DNA from: Candidatus Latescibacterota bacterium
GTDB lineage: Bacteria; Latescibacterota; UBA2968
Assembly (NCBI GenBank): GCA_965198115.1
Contig: OZ240241.1
Location: 6,752,001 to 6,816,000, forward strand
Direction of reading: 5' to 3'
DNA length: 64,000 nt
Positions within the stretch are counted from its first letter, which is position 1, and each line of letters starts with the position of its first letter. The notes under the pieces are model-generated. The model worked only from the letters and a program-made list of their open reading frames with translations, did no database searches and was not told the origin of the DNA. Below, piece after piece: positions 1 to 10,534 of this stretch. A program made the translations under genes and the position numbers.

Positions 1-2
1 TC

Positions 3-497
3 TTTTCGCGAGACACGTCCCAGGATCCGGGTGTTTCCGTCGACGTGAACCGGGTGATTCACGAAAGCCTCGGGATGATCGGCACACAGCTGGCCAATCA
101 CGGGATCTCTCTCACACTCGACCTCGAAGAAGACCTTTCCCACGTCCAGGGGCACCCCCATCAACTCGAGCAGGTGTTTCTGAACCTTCTGGCCAACGCA
201 CGTGATGCGGTCGATGAGCGAGGAGAGACAGATTCGGATTACCGGAAGACGATTCGCGTTGTGACTCAGTCAACCGAAAGTGGCATCGCGGCTCGTGTGA
301 TCGACAATGGCGTTGGGATCGCCAGCGATGACATTGGCCGGCTTTTCGAGCCGTTCTTCACGACGAAGTCCGAGGATCGAGGCACTGGTCTGGGATTGTC
401 GATCACCTACGCGATCGTCAAGAACCACGATGGCGACATCGCCGTCGAGAGCAGGGAAGGGGAAGGGACGCAATTTACAGTCACCTTGCCAGTATGA
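3..497 (+). CDS. Sensor histidine kinase, C-terminal HATPase_c domain (5' part outside window)
   Basis: N box (QLEQVFLNLLANARDA), G1 (DNGVGI), F (FEPFFTTK) and G2 (GTGLGL); the frame is open back to the window start. Confidence 0.95.
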   Translation, partial: FSRDTSQDPGVSVDVNRVIHESLGMIGTQLANHGISLTLDLEEDLSHVQGHPHQLEQVFLNLLANARDAVDERGETDSDYRKTIRVVTQSTESGIAARVIDNGVGIASDDIGRLFEPFFTTKSEDRGTGLGLSITYAIVKNHDGDIAVESREGEGTQFTVTLPV

Positions 498-510
498 TTC
501 AGGGTAAGCT

Positions 511-1942
511 ATGCGACGGGAAATCGAAGCACAGAAAGCAAGCGCTATGCGTATTCTGCTGATCGACGACGACGACGACATCCGCAAATCGGTTGGTGAC
601 TACCTCGAGGCGCGCAACTACACGGCGACGCGCGTTAATTCGGGTGAGGCCGGTCTACGGGTATTGCAGACCGAACCGATCGATATCGTCATTACTGACA
701 TCATGATGTCGGGTATGGATGGTTTCGAGGTGTTGCGTCGAGTCCGAGCCGAGTCTCCCGAGACAGAGGTGATCATGGTGACTGGATTCGGCGACATCGA
801 CCAGGCCGTGCAGGCGATGCGTGAAGGCGCGTTTGATTTCTTCACGAAGCCGATCAAGATGCGAGAGTTATCGGCCTCGATCGAACGGACTGTGAAGTTC
901 CACGCGCTCCGTCAGGACCGTGATCGTGTCCGCTCCCGCCTGGAGCGGATCGAAGAAGCGGGCAAGCGCTCGTTCGGGGTCGAAGGGATCGTGGGTGAGA
1001 GTGCGCAGATCCAGCGAGTTTGTGAGCAGGTGCTGCAGGTGGCCGATGCCGGGGCGACGTCGGTTCTCGTGACCGGTGAAACGGGAACCGGTAGGAAGTA
1101 GTAGCGCGTGCGATCCACTATGAAAGCAGTCGTGCGTCGGGGCCTTTTGTCCCCGTAGATTGCTCCGCCATTCCCAAAGATCTCGTGGAGAGTGAGTTCT
1201 TTGGCACGAAAAAGGAAGTTTCACGGGCGCGGCCAGTCAGCGTATAGGTCACTTCGAACTCGCGGATGAAGGGACGATTTTGCTCGACGAGATCGGGGAC
1301 ATGAATGTCGACATGCAGGCCAAGCTTCTGCGTGTTCTGGAAAGCCGAACGCTGAAGCGCGTGGGAGGTGAAAAAGAGATCCCGGTTGACGTCCGCGTCG
1401 TGTCCGCGACGAATAGAAACCTGATCGGCGCGATTGGCGAGGGTAAGTTCCGAGAGGACCTCTACTACCGGATCAATTCGTTCACGATCGAGATTCCACC
1501 CCTGCGCGAACGTCCGATGGATGTTGCGTTGCTAGCCGAGCATTTCCTGGTAACGTGTGCAGGCGAGATGCGAAAAGACGTGTCGGGTTTCACCGATGGT
1601 GCCCTGGACACGTTAGGAAATCACGGCTGGCCTGGGAACGTGAGGGAACTCAGAAACACCATCGAGCGAGCGGTGATCGTCTGCTCCGGGAATTCGATCC
1701 GGCGTGAAGACCTGGAGTTCGTCCCTTCGATTCAGTCGCGATCCGTGGCAACCGGGACGTCCGGTACAGATCAGGAAATCGAGGCGGGAAGTACTCGAGT
1801 CCCGGAGGATGTGGAGGATCTGAAGTTGGACACTCTGGAAAGGGCGGCGATCGAAGAGGCGATTAGACGGTCTGGCGGCAATCGCGGCAGAGCCGCCGAT
1901 CTTCTCGGGCTTTCCCGATACGCCTTGCGAAGGCGTATGTAA
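511..1942 (+). CDS. NtrC/AtoC-family sigma54-dependent response regulator (REC-AAA+-HTH), split by two 1-bp deletions
   Basis: REC domain (LLIDDD, TDIMM, KP). GETGTG(K)EVVARAIH and FG(H)EKGSFTGA are recovered by restoring one base near 1093 and one near 1205. [26 protein letters not shown] and a Fis-type HTH follow. The probable original tail (QYGLE*) is split by the IS630 at 1955. Confidence 0.93.
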
Positions 1943-1954
1943 CAATATGGGCTA

Positions 1955-3121
1955 GTGTCACGTCCCGCGTATAAGCTTCAAAAGTTTATGGACTTTCTCG
2001 AGGATTGAATCTGCCGTGGCGGTCCAGACGAAGGGTGTAGAATTCTCGTTGTAGTGATCAGTGAATTTCTTGATGCAGGCGATCAGGTCCTTGACGCTTC
2101 TGAAGGTGCCTCGTCGAATGGCTCTTTGGGTGATGATACCGAACCAGATCTCTACCTGGTTCAGCCAGGAGGCATATGTTGGTGTGTAGTGCACGTGATA
2201 TCGTTTCCGTGAGGCGAGCCAACGCTTGACGTTCGGGTGCTTGTGCGTGCCGTAATTATCGACGACCAGATGGATGTCGAGATCCTTTGGGACGTTCTTG
2301 TCGATGTGCTTGAGGAACTGAAGGAACTCTTTGTTGCGGTGTCTGGGCTTGCACTGAGTCAGAACTTTGCCGGATGCGATGTTGAGCGCTGCAAAGAGGG
2401 TGGTCGTGCCGTTCCGGATATAGCTGTGAGTGACGCCCTCGACGTATCCGAGACCCAAAGGAAGAATCGGTTGTGTCCGTTCGAGTGCTTGAATCTGGCT
2501 CTTCTCGTCTACACAGAGCACCATCGCGTTGTCCGGTGGGTTCAGGTATAGACCGACGATATCCCTGACTTTCTCGACGAAGAAGGGATCGTTCGACAGT
2601 TTGAAGTGCTTCTGTCGATGCGGTTGCAGTCCAAAAGCTTTCCATACACGTTGAACCGAGGACTTGGAGAGCCCCGTCTCGTCGGCCATCGAACGACAGG
2701 TCCCAGTGGGTGGCACCCTTCGGTTGCTTCTTGAGCGTCTTGTAGATGAGGGAGGAGATCTCTTCGTCGCTGACCGACCGTGGCCCTCCAGGACGCAATT
2801 CGTCATACAGTCCCATCAAGCCTTGCTCGCAGAAGCGACGACGCCACTTGCCGACAGACGCTCCGGACAACCCGACTCGTTCCGCGATCTCCTGATTGGT
2901 CAGACCGCAATCGCTCATCAAGACGATCTTCGCGCGACGCACCAAAGCGTGAGACATGCTACGCGAACGAGACAATGACTCGAGTTGATCGTGGACCTCA
3001 TCACTGATGTTCAGTGGCTGTAACGGACGACCTCTAGCCATCGGTTCCTCCCAAGAATGAGTGCTTGAGGAACCATACGACAGAATCGAATATTTTTCTA
3101 GTTATTCCTGGGACGTGACAC
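1955..3121 (-). mobile_element. IS630-family insertion sequence (type A)
   Basis: Terminal IRs GTGTCACGTCCC / GGGACGTGACAC; TA duplicated within CTAG (1953-1954 and 3122-3123). Confidence 0.95.
1958..3041 (-). CDS. IS630 transposase with a +1 frameshift near 2703
   Basis: HTH N-terminus (ORF 2256-3041) joins the DDE domain (VDEKSQIQAL, DNY, SWLNQVE; ORF 1958-2806) if one G is removed from CACTGGGACC. Confidence 0.92.
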
Positions 3122-3156
3122 TAGAATAACGACACAAAAAGCAGGTCGACTCCTTC

Positions 3157-3187
3157 AGGCGGGAACCCAAACGGTTCCCGCCTTTTT
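3157..3187 (+). terminator. Rho-independent terminator of the kinase/activator operon
   Basis: AGGCGGGAACC-caaac-GGTTCCCGCCT followed by a T run. Confidence 0.85.
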
Positions 3188-3329
3188 CGTTGTGGAGCGC
3201 ACACGTTCGTCTATCCATCGATCATCTTCGCACGTCGTGAGCGATTTCGCACGATCAGCCGTATCCTCAGTGTTGGGCGATCCCTGCATAACTGATTGCA
3301 GTACAGCCTGTTAAGGAAACCCAGGTTAA

Positions 3330-3345
3330 TGGCATTTATCTTGCA
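3330..3345 (+). promoter_or_regulatory. sigma54 -24/-12 promoter
   Basis: TGGCATTTATCTTGCA has exact GG-N10-GC spacing, lies about 100 bp before a CDS, and has an imperfect palindrome GTGAG-N6-CGCAC upstream at 3237-3252. Confidence 0.75.
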
Positions 3346-3442
3346 AGTGAACTCACCTGGGGAAAGCCCGTATTACAGGTCCTTTGGGTTCGTGTGGCGA
3401 GGACCTTCTGGATTTCCGCGCCGGACAATTAGGGAGTTTCCA

Positions 3443-3814
3443 ATGCCCCTGCACATTCTGCTCGTCGACGATGACGATGATCTGAGGACAAGCCTTGAAG
3501 CGTTTCTCCGGGTTCGTAAACACACCGTTCGGGCTCTTCGAACCGGAAAAGAGGCGCTCGTGGACCTGGATGCTTTTCGTCCCCAACTGGTCATCAGCGA
3601 CATCCAGATGCCGGGAATGGATGGGATCGAACTGCTCCGTCGAATTCGGGCACACGACGAGGATCTTCCTGTGATCCTGATGACGGTCGAAAGGACGGTA
3701 GACACGGCCACGGAGGCCCTGCGAAATCGTGCGTATGACTACCTGGAGAAACCGATCGATCTGCGGACCCTGGCTTCGTGCGTAGAGAAGGTGGAGCGTT
3801 CCTCTACAGGATGA
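3443..3814 (+). CDS. Single-domain response regulator
   Basis: ILLVDDD, SDIQMP, MT, EKP; GGAG before the ATG at 3443. Confidence 0.92.
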   Translation: MPLHILLVDDDDDLRTSLEAFLRVRKHTVRALRTGKEALVDLDAFRPQLVISDIQMPGMDGIELLRRIRAHDEDLPVILMTVERTVDTATEALRNRAYDYLEKPIDLRTLASCVEKVERSSTG

Positions 3815-4131
3815 TGGATGCCGGATAATGGATTGAAGTTTGTGGCTTGGGAGATCGGCGGCTTCCAGTTGCAGAAAGAAAGACGGCCACTTGCCTGCAT
3901 CCTTTGGGTGGGTAGCAGGCAAGCGGCCGAGTCGCGACGCGGCGGACACTTGTCCTCACGTCGATAACAAAGATACACGAGTTTCGTTCTCGGTCCAAGC
4001 CACGTGAGAGTCGCTTGCGATCGAACTCCATAGAGGTGGATCGGTGGGAATCGACACCACCAACGGAAGGACAATGTTATGGGAGCGTCTGTGTTGAAGT
4101 ATGTGATGATAGGTCTGATAGGAATGGGAGT

Positions 4132-5519
4132 GGTCAAGTCCCATAGTCAGTTGAAACTCATCGGGCTCCGTGGTATTCATGCTCTCTGCCGAGCATCTTG
4201 ATTGTCGCCGAGATTCAGGTTGTTTTTCAGTGCTTGCCTGAGCAGCGGGAGGTGTTTGTATCCGCTCACGCGTCGCAGGCGTGGTTCGATGTCGAGGAGT
4301 GCGGCCGCGACCCATCTGTGTCGCTGAGGAGAGTTGTTCCAGCGGTTGACCTTCCGTATCAGGTTGCCGGTCATGCTGTTGAGCGCCTCGATGCAATTGG
4401 TGGTTCGGAAGCTTCGCTTCAAGAACGGGAGCATCCCCAGCCGGTGGAGGGTCAGGGTTTCCTCCAGTCCTTCCTCGAGGCTTGCCACGGCAGACTGATT
4501 CATCAGCTTGAGTTCGGGTTTGAGTGATTCGAGTGCGGCCTTTGCCTCCTCGTAGGTGTCGCAGTCATAGGCTTTCTGAAGTTTCCGTCGAACTCTTGGA
4601 CGTTCTGCCTCCGGGAGGTAGCTGACGACGTTCTCGCGCTTGTGCCACTGACAGCGATGCACGCACACATCCCCTTTGAGGGCTTTGGTGACGGCACAGC
4701 GGAGTCCCTTTGAGCCGTCCAGCACAACGAGAAGGCCCTGGTCGTAGCACAGGCCTCTCCGGATGAGATCCTGGATCAGCTGACGGCAGATCCGTTCGTT
4801 CTCCGTCGCCGATTCGACGAAGCCCAGGGGGATCTTCTGGCCGTCCGTCGTGACGCCCGGAGCGATCACGATCTCTTCGTCGGCAAAGCTCTTTCCGTCG
4901 ATGAACAGGGCGACCAAGTCGTAGTCGTCGAGCGGTCGTTCCTGGAACTGCTTCAGCTTCTTTGCGGTGGCTTTGATGAACCGTCGCGAGACGGAGGATG
5001 CCGAGATTCCGAACGCTTCGGGTACCGACTCTGCACAGGCTCTGTAGTTGCGACAGGAGATTCCCTTGAGCACACGAAGCAGCAGCTTCTCATCCATCGC
5101 TCTGGGCCTCTGCATCCCCCGGTATGCGGCCAGAGAAACCTCCGTATCGGACTCGACGTCGCGCACACGGGGAACGGCCACCGGCAGCTTCTGGTCCATC
5201 AGATACACGGACCCTTTCTGGCTTCCCCATCGACGATGCGACTGCTCTGAACCCTTACGCGCATACCGAACGCCTGCGAGCTGCTCCACCTCCTGCTGGA
5301 GCACGTCGGCAACGGCCTCCAGACCCAGCGGAATCAGCGCCCGGATCACCGATAAACGCGTCTCCAAATCCATAACGTCTGACCCAACCTTGACTTCGCC
5401 ATCCCCTGCAAATAGCTTCTCCATCGTGGGCTCCTTTCTTACGGGTACACGCTCTCACACGTCTACCCACAACGTAAGTTTGGAGCCCTTTAAGTTTCAA
5501 CTAGGATAGGGACCTCACC
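4132..5519 (-). mobile_element. IS256-family insertion sequence
   Basis: Imperfect 27-bp IRs (GGTCAAGTCCC..AGTTGAAACT / GGTGAGGTCCC..AGTTGAAACT); 8-bp TSD ATGGGAGT at 4124-4131 and 5520-5527. Confidence 0.95.
4177..5424 (-). CDS. IS256 (mutator-type) transposase, intact frame
   Basis: 415 aa; VPRVRD, FIDG, LDGSKGL, RCQWHKREN, RTTNCIE. Confidence 0.95.
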   Translation of the reverse strand: MEKLFAGDGEVKVGSDVMDLETRLSVIRALIPLGLEAVADVLQQEVEQLAGVRYARKGSEQSHRRWGSQKGSVYLMDQKLPVAVPRVRDVESDTEVSLAAYRGMQRPRAMDEKLLLRVLKGISCRNYRACAESVPEAFGISASSVSRRFIKATAKKLKQFQERPLDDYDLVALFIDGKSFADEEIVIAPGVTTDGQKIPLGFVESATENERICRQLIQDLIRRGLCYDQGLLVVLDGSKGLRCAVTKALKGDVCVHRCQWHKRENVVSYLPEAERPRVRRKLQKAYDCDTYEEAKAALESLKPELKLMNQSAVASLEEGLEETLTLHRLGMLPFLKRSFRTTNCIEALNSMTGNLIRKVNRWNNSPQRHRWVAAALLDIEPRLRRVSGYKHLPLLRQALKNNLNLGDNQDARQRA

Positions 5520-5699
5520 ATGGGAGTGGCAGGATCTGCGTTGGACCCATCTCTCGCCCTTGCGCCTCTTGATGTTCAAGAAGCCGATCGAGATCTGTCT
5601 AACTCGCGCCTTGCTTCAGCGAGGTTAAAGATGCTGACACCGTCTGGCCGCACTGATCTGTGGAACTCAGTGTGCGGTGTTGGACTGCTTCTCTTCTTA

Positions 5700-6961
5700 G
5701 TACTCCTGTTCGCAAATACGGTGACGTATTCTAAGCAGACTTTGCCAAGGGCGTATCGTAGAACCTGAGTTTGTCGATCATCTCCGCGAGATCTGTTCGT
5801 GTGAACTTCCATTTGAAGGGTGTGGCGATACGTCCGTAGCGTTCCTGAAAACCGAGGATTCTTGCCTCAAGCTCTTCGAGCGATGCAAATTCGATAGGTG
5901 TCAGAGCCTTGCGTTTGAGGATCGAGAAGTAGATCTCGATCTGATTGAGCCAGCTTGCGTGGATCGGAAGGTGAACGGGGTGGATGTTTGGCCACTTCCC
6001 CTGGATACGGTCGATGCATGTTTGCCCTCGGTGCGAGGAGCCATTATCCACGATGAGGTAGACTTTCTTTGCCGAGCAATAGGGTTTCCGGCTCATGATC
6101 AGGCTCAGGAGCCGGTTGAAGGGCTCGATACCCGAAGAAGACTCACAGAGACCGAAGATTCGACCATTGTGCACGTCGAGAGCAGCCAGATAGGCCAGGG
6201 CTCCTTTCCGCTCGTATTCGTGTTTCAACGCGTGCCGCTCTGTTCGAGGCTGGCGGTAGGGTAACGTGCTTGCGAGCTCGTGCTTGAATACTGGTCTTTT
6301 CGTCGGCAGAAAGTACATATTCCCTCGGCCCTAAAGGCTTTCCTTGCCATTGGCGGTGATACAGATCAAGGACTCTACCTGCTTTGGTTTGGAAGTCCGG
6401 GTCCCGTGGGAAAATCCAGGAGCGATGATACCAAGGACGAATCGCGTCCTCGTTCAACCAGCGCCAGACAGTGGCGCCGCTGATCTTGGCAACGAAGCCC
6501 CTTTGCACTGCCTCGGCGGCAATCTCGGAACAGCTGAACCGCGAGAGCGGTATCCCGCTCTCGCTCGGTAGTTCACACGCCAGCGCCTTGATCTGAACGA
6601 CCACCTGAGGGGGGAAAACCGGGCGGGCGCCCGGGACGAGATCTATCTTCGAGTCCCGAAAGACGCTCTTCGAAAAAGCGCTTACGCCATTTGCTTACGA
6701 TCGGACGCGGGACATCCAACCGTTGGGCGATAATCTTGTTGGATAATCCCTCGGCGGCGAGAAGCACGATTTTCGATCGGATCACTTGATAATACGGTAA
6801 CGTATATTGTCCAGCCATTCGCTCGAGGTCGACCCGTTCCTTCTCAGACAGTAGCACCACATAAGGCGAACGTCTTGGCATTGTTCTCCTCCTTTTGAAG
6901 GAGAACATAAGCTACAAATAATGTTCAGGACATACGTAATAATATTTATGAAACCATGCAC
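5700..6961 (-). mobile_element. IS630-family insertion sequence (type B, copy 1)
   Basis: Near-identical to 10583-11845; 3-bp duplication TTA (5697-5699 and 6962-6964) in a CTNAG target. Confidence 0.92.
5731..6908 (-). CDS. IS630 transposase in three frames (probable programmed -1 shift plus one extra A)
   Basis: HTH ORF ends at slippery TTTTCCCCCC; DEKTSIQAR, DNGSSH and ASWLNQIE motifs. Confidence 0.88.
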
Positions 6962-7659
6962 TTAGCTACGGTGCTTCGAGCGGATTGGCGTCGGCAGGAT
7001 TCGCAGCTCGACGAAAGGAAGCTGTTCGAGGTAAGTCATGCATTCCAGGCAGCCAGAATCTGGGCTGATGTGCAACCGATGGAGAACTCTGACTTTGAAA
7101 GCCTTTTGTCCTCCCTGACCAGCAATCTCGCTGAAATCGGACTGGCGTTCGACAGATGCGAGATCGACGTCATCGACGGGACAATCGAGGAGCCTACACT
7201 GGATGCTATCACCGAGCGCGGTTTCCACTACACAACCTACACGCTGGGTCCTGGTGGCGAGATCAGGTCCGAATCCTACCACCTGACGGCCCCTTTCCTG
7301 CCCATGTGCCAAGGGCCCATTGAACGTTTCATCGACGGACGTCCGTGGCGTGGTCGGAGCGAAAACACGGCAATCGTCGAGGTTCCCACCTCTCGTTTTG
7401 CTCGTATGAGGCTTATTGCGAATTCCAAGAAGAATTTCACCGAAGCGGATGTGGGGACGCTCGAACAGTTCGTTGTCGCGATCGCACTCGGCGACGAACG
7501 CTATCTGAACATTCGTCGGAATCCAGGGAGAGTCGGACTTGCTGCCGATTTTCGGCGAAGCTACAGGAGCAGTGCGTCGGAAGAAAGGTCTGCAGCAGGA
7601 TAGGGTTTACATAGCCGGTCACACTCGGGTCGGTCATCTCCAACGATAGGAGGTATAGC

Positions 7660-7967
7660 GTGCGCATCGTTACGGTTTTCATCATTCTTCTTCTTGCGCA
7701 GGTCACGCGCAGTTCGAGGGACCCCTTTCTGCCTCGCTGAAGAAAAGCGAGATTCCAAAAGCACAGAAAACCGCCCAGGCAACGCTGGATATTCTCAAAG
7801 CATATACTGATCACAAGGCCAATGTCGGAACCATCGAAGAGGACGCAGCGTCAGAAGCGCTGGATCAGAGCATCAAACTGGTAGCCGCTTTGGAAATCCT
7901 TGCTCACATCAGTGTTCAAGCCTACGAAGCTCTGCGGATGGATGGTCCCGCCTGGCGAAACTGGTAG
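7660..7967 (+). CDS. Probable small secreted protein (about 102 aa), hidden by a 1-bp deletion
   Basis: AGGAGG RBS then GTG; signal-peptide-like MRIVTVFIILLLAQV(H)A; one added base near 7704 opens the frame to TAG at 7965-7967. Confidence 0.55.
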
Positions 7968-8092
7968 TGGAAGGCCAGGCATCCATTGTGACCGGATACC
8001 AGTAGTCTGGATTACGCGTTTCGGAGAATGTAAAGGGCTCGGTGCTGTATGGCCGAGCCCTTTTCTATGCCAGAACCGAACCTCCTGCTGTC

Positions 8093-10078
8093 CTACCAGT
8101 GATGGACAGAATGACCGGATCCGGGGAACCAGATGGCGTCGACGATGGCGGAAACGGCCACGCCGAGCACGAATCCGCATAGAATACCGAGGAACAGGGG
8201 CTGTCCGCGACGGTAGAGCTGGATGCCACCGATTCGGAAGATCAGCGTTTTGACGAGCCAGACGATGAAGATGGTGAAGATCGTTCCCCGGATCGCGTGG
8301 GTCTCTGATATGGCGAAGCCGACGGGATGGAGCGGCCAGCTCGGGCGGCGATAGCGGATGAAGGTGAGCAGGGCCATGACGATGATGCCTCCGGCGTAGA
8401 ACCCGAGCCGCTCCCAGTCGGGGCCGAGGGCGGTTTCCATCTGACGCAGGTAGTAGTTGAAGATGTTTGGGTGCGTGCGGAACTCGAAGGCTCGAAAGTT
8501 GTAGGCGCCGTACTCGTAGCCGAGATGGAGCGTGAAGGCGACAGAGGTGACGGCTGCCGCCAGGCCGGCGAACGTCAGCGCCGCAGTGATAGGCTTCTTG
8601 CTGCCCCGGACGGCAGCGGTGAGACGCGCGATGTGTGCCGAGCTCGCCATGACGAGGCTCTTTGCGTCGGTGAAATAGCCGAAGGAGTAGGCGAACGTGG
8701 CCATGGAGGCTGGGCGAATGGCGGCCGAGCCGACGGAAAAGAGCGCGAAAGAGGGCGGCATGACGGTTCCGCGCAGGTAGACGAGTCCGGTTTCGGCCAT
8801 GACGCGTGCGATGCCCAGGTAAAGGATGGCCATGCCGATTAGGAAAGGCAGAACGATGTGGAGATCCATGCCCGATGCGTGGAGCCACCCGGTGACGAAG
8901 CCGCCGCCGATCGTCGCGCCCCAAGCAGCGGTGCGGTAGGAGAAAAGCTCCTCGCTGTCGTCGACGGTCCGCTCGCCGAAACGGACGTGTCGCCAGATGC
9001 GTTCAAGATGATCTCGTCCGATCCACAAGCTCCAGCCGAGCATGAAGGTCAGTGCGCCGAAGGCCTGCCACGCGTTGGCGGCGTGGGCGGATGACCAGAG
9101 TCCCGGCGTGCCGATGCTGTATCCGAGACGGTTGAAGAAACCGACTTCACCACAGACGAGAAGGTAGAAGAACCAGATCGAAAACAGGACCTCCAGGCTG
9201 GTCCAGTAGGCGAATCCCATGATGAAAAAGTGAATGCCGATGTAGAAGTATCGACTGGGGATGTAGCGGTTGATCTTCAAGAATGTGACGCCACCGCCTG
9301 CCCGTGTGATCGGAATTTTCGGAAAGTCGGGAAGGAAGTAGCCCACGATGTTCCAACAGATGACGAGGAGAGGGATGCCCAACCCGATCCAGAAGAGGCG
9401 ATTCCGCGCGAGTGGGGGCAGAACGCTGTCTTCGGATTGCTTGACGAGTTCGAGCGCCACCTGAGCGGCGGGAAACGGCAAACGCTCGACGTCTGCCCAT
9501 TGCTTTCGAAGGAGGACCGCGGTGCACAGACACGTCCACGTGAGTGCGCCGGCAAAGGCGAACCACCAGAAGAGCGGACCGATCCAGACATCCCACGGTA
9601 CGGGGGCGTCAGATGGGAGCCCTTCGTAGAAATACCGCAGGGCGTGGTCGGTGTCACGAGGGAACAGCCAGTCGGGCAGGTGAGGGTGGAGGCGGTCTGC
9701 CCAGGCGTTTTCGGGTGTGGCAAAATAGTAGGGCGTCGAGAGGTTGCCCATGATGAGGCCGGTGAAATTCATCAGAGGGAAGAGGGCCCCGACGAGTCCC
9801 ATGGAGAAAACCACGACGAGTTCGAGTGGGGACAGAGCCCAGGTCGGACGCACGTGTCGCAGGGCCACGTTAACGCCGAGTGTCAGAAGGACAAACGGGA
9901 TCATCAACGCCATGGCCATGTAACTGAAGACCATCTGGTTGATGTGGATGACGTAGAGGCCGTAGATGGGCCACGTGTTGACCGAGAGGACGAGGAGAAG
10001 ATCGACGGCCACGCTGCGAGCGGTCACCCGGTCGGTGGGTGTTGAATCTGGCGAGACGGTTTGGCGGGCGAGGGACAT
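8093..10078 (-). CDS. Polytopic membrane protein, DUF6785/DUF6784-like (putative transporter)
   Basis: 661 aa with many TM segments; RKQW..ERLPFP, WPLHPVGF and KTLIFRIGG motifs recognised from memory of this family. Confidence 0.75.
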   Translation of the reverse strand: MSLARQTVSPDSTPTDRVTARSVAVDLLLVLSVNTWPIYGLYVIHINQMVFSYMAMALMIPFVLLTLGVNVALRHVRPTWALSPLELVVVFSMGLVGALFPLMNFTGLIMGNLSTPYYFATPENAWADRLHPHLPDWLFPRDTDHALRYFYEGLPSDAPVPWDVWIGPLFWWFAFAGALTWTCLCTAVLLRKQWADVERLPFPAAQVALELVKQSEDSVLPPLARNRLFWIGLGIPLLVICWNIVGYFLPDFPKIPITRAGGGVTFLKINRYIPSRYFYIGIHFFIMGFAYWTSLEVLFSIWFFYLLVCGEVGFFNRLGYSIGTPGLWSSAHAANAWQAFGALTFMLGWSLWIGRDHLERIWRHVRFGERTVDDSEELFSYRTAAWGATIGGGFVTGWLHASGMDLHIVLPFLIGMAILYLGIARVMAETGLVYLRGTVMPPSFALFSVGSAAIRPASMATFAYSFGYFTDAKSLVMASSAHIARLTAAVRGSKKPITAALTFAGLAAAVTSVAFTLHLGYEYGAYNFRAFEFRTHPNIFNYYLRQMETALGPDWERLGFYAGGIIVMALLTFIRYRRPSWPLHPVGFAISETHAIRGTIFTIFIVWLVKTLIFRIGGIQLYRRGQPLFLGILCGFVLGVAVSAIVDAIWFPGSGHSVHHW

Positions 10079-10157
10079 GGGATGAGCAAGTTGGGCCGTC
10101 GTGTCCGGTCGAGCAAATACCCAAAGCAGCAGGAAATCGATAAAGTAGGACCGATAA

Positions 10158-10175
10158 TGTTAAATCTTTGTTAAA
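10158..10175. promoter_or_regulatory. Direct repeat with 11-bp period (OmpR/PhoB-type box candidate) in an AT-rich divergent promoter region
   Basis: TGTTAAA-tctt-TGTTAAA. Confidence 0.45.
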
Positions 10176-10269
10176 ATTAAAGAAATTACTTGTATATCAT
10201 TCGTAAGACTGATAGATTGATCACTGTTAATCACATATAACTAATTAAAATGACTTTCACGGAGTCGGT

Positions 10270-10534
10270 ATGTCGAGTCGGACAAACAGACGGGTCTATT
10301 TCACGATTGTAGCCCCGAAAGCAGGCAGTGTCAGGGTTTTTGGGAGTTTCGACGATTGGTCGGGACGGGATCTCAAACCTACGTCTAAGGGGGTCTGGCG
10401 GACCTGGATGTCACTTGCCCCGGGTCGTTACGAGTATCGATTCCTGGTTGACGGACAAGTGGGCAAACGATCCCGAGGCGCCGACGACACGGAACCCTTT
10501 CGGGTCGGAGAATTCGGTGCAGGTTGTCGAATGA
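10270..10534 (+). CDS. Stand-alone CBM48/AMPK-beta-like glycogen-binding domain protein (1-bp frameshift near 10458)
   Basis: APKAGSV.V.GSFDDW, GVW, LAPGRYEYRFLVDG, then WANDP..NPFGSENS in the adjacent frame. Confidence 0.85.

Larger units (their letters stand above)
4079..7603 (+). pseudogene. Membrane-anchored GAF-like sensor protein interrupted by two IS elements
   Basis: Segments 4079-4123, 5520-5699 and 6965-7603 join in frame (287 aa) after removing IS256, IS630-B and their TSDs; two hydrophobic stretches, then a GAF-like region ending FTEADVGTLEQFVVAIALG. Confidence 0.75.
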
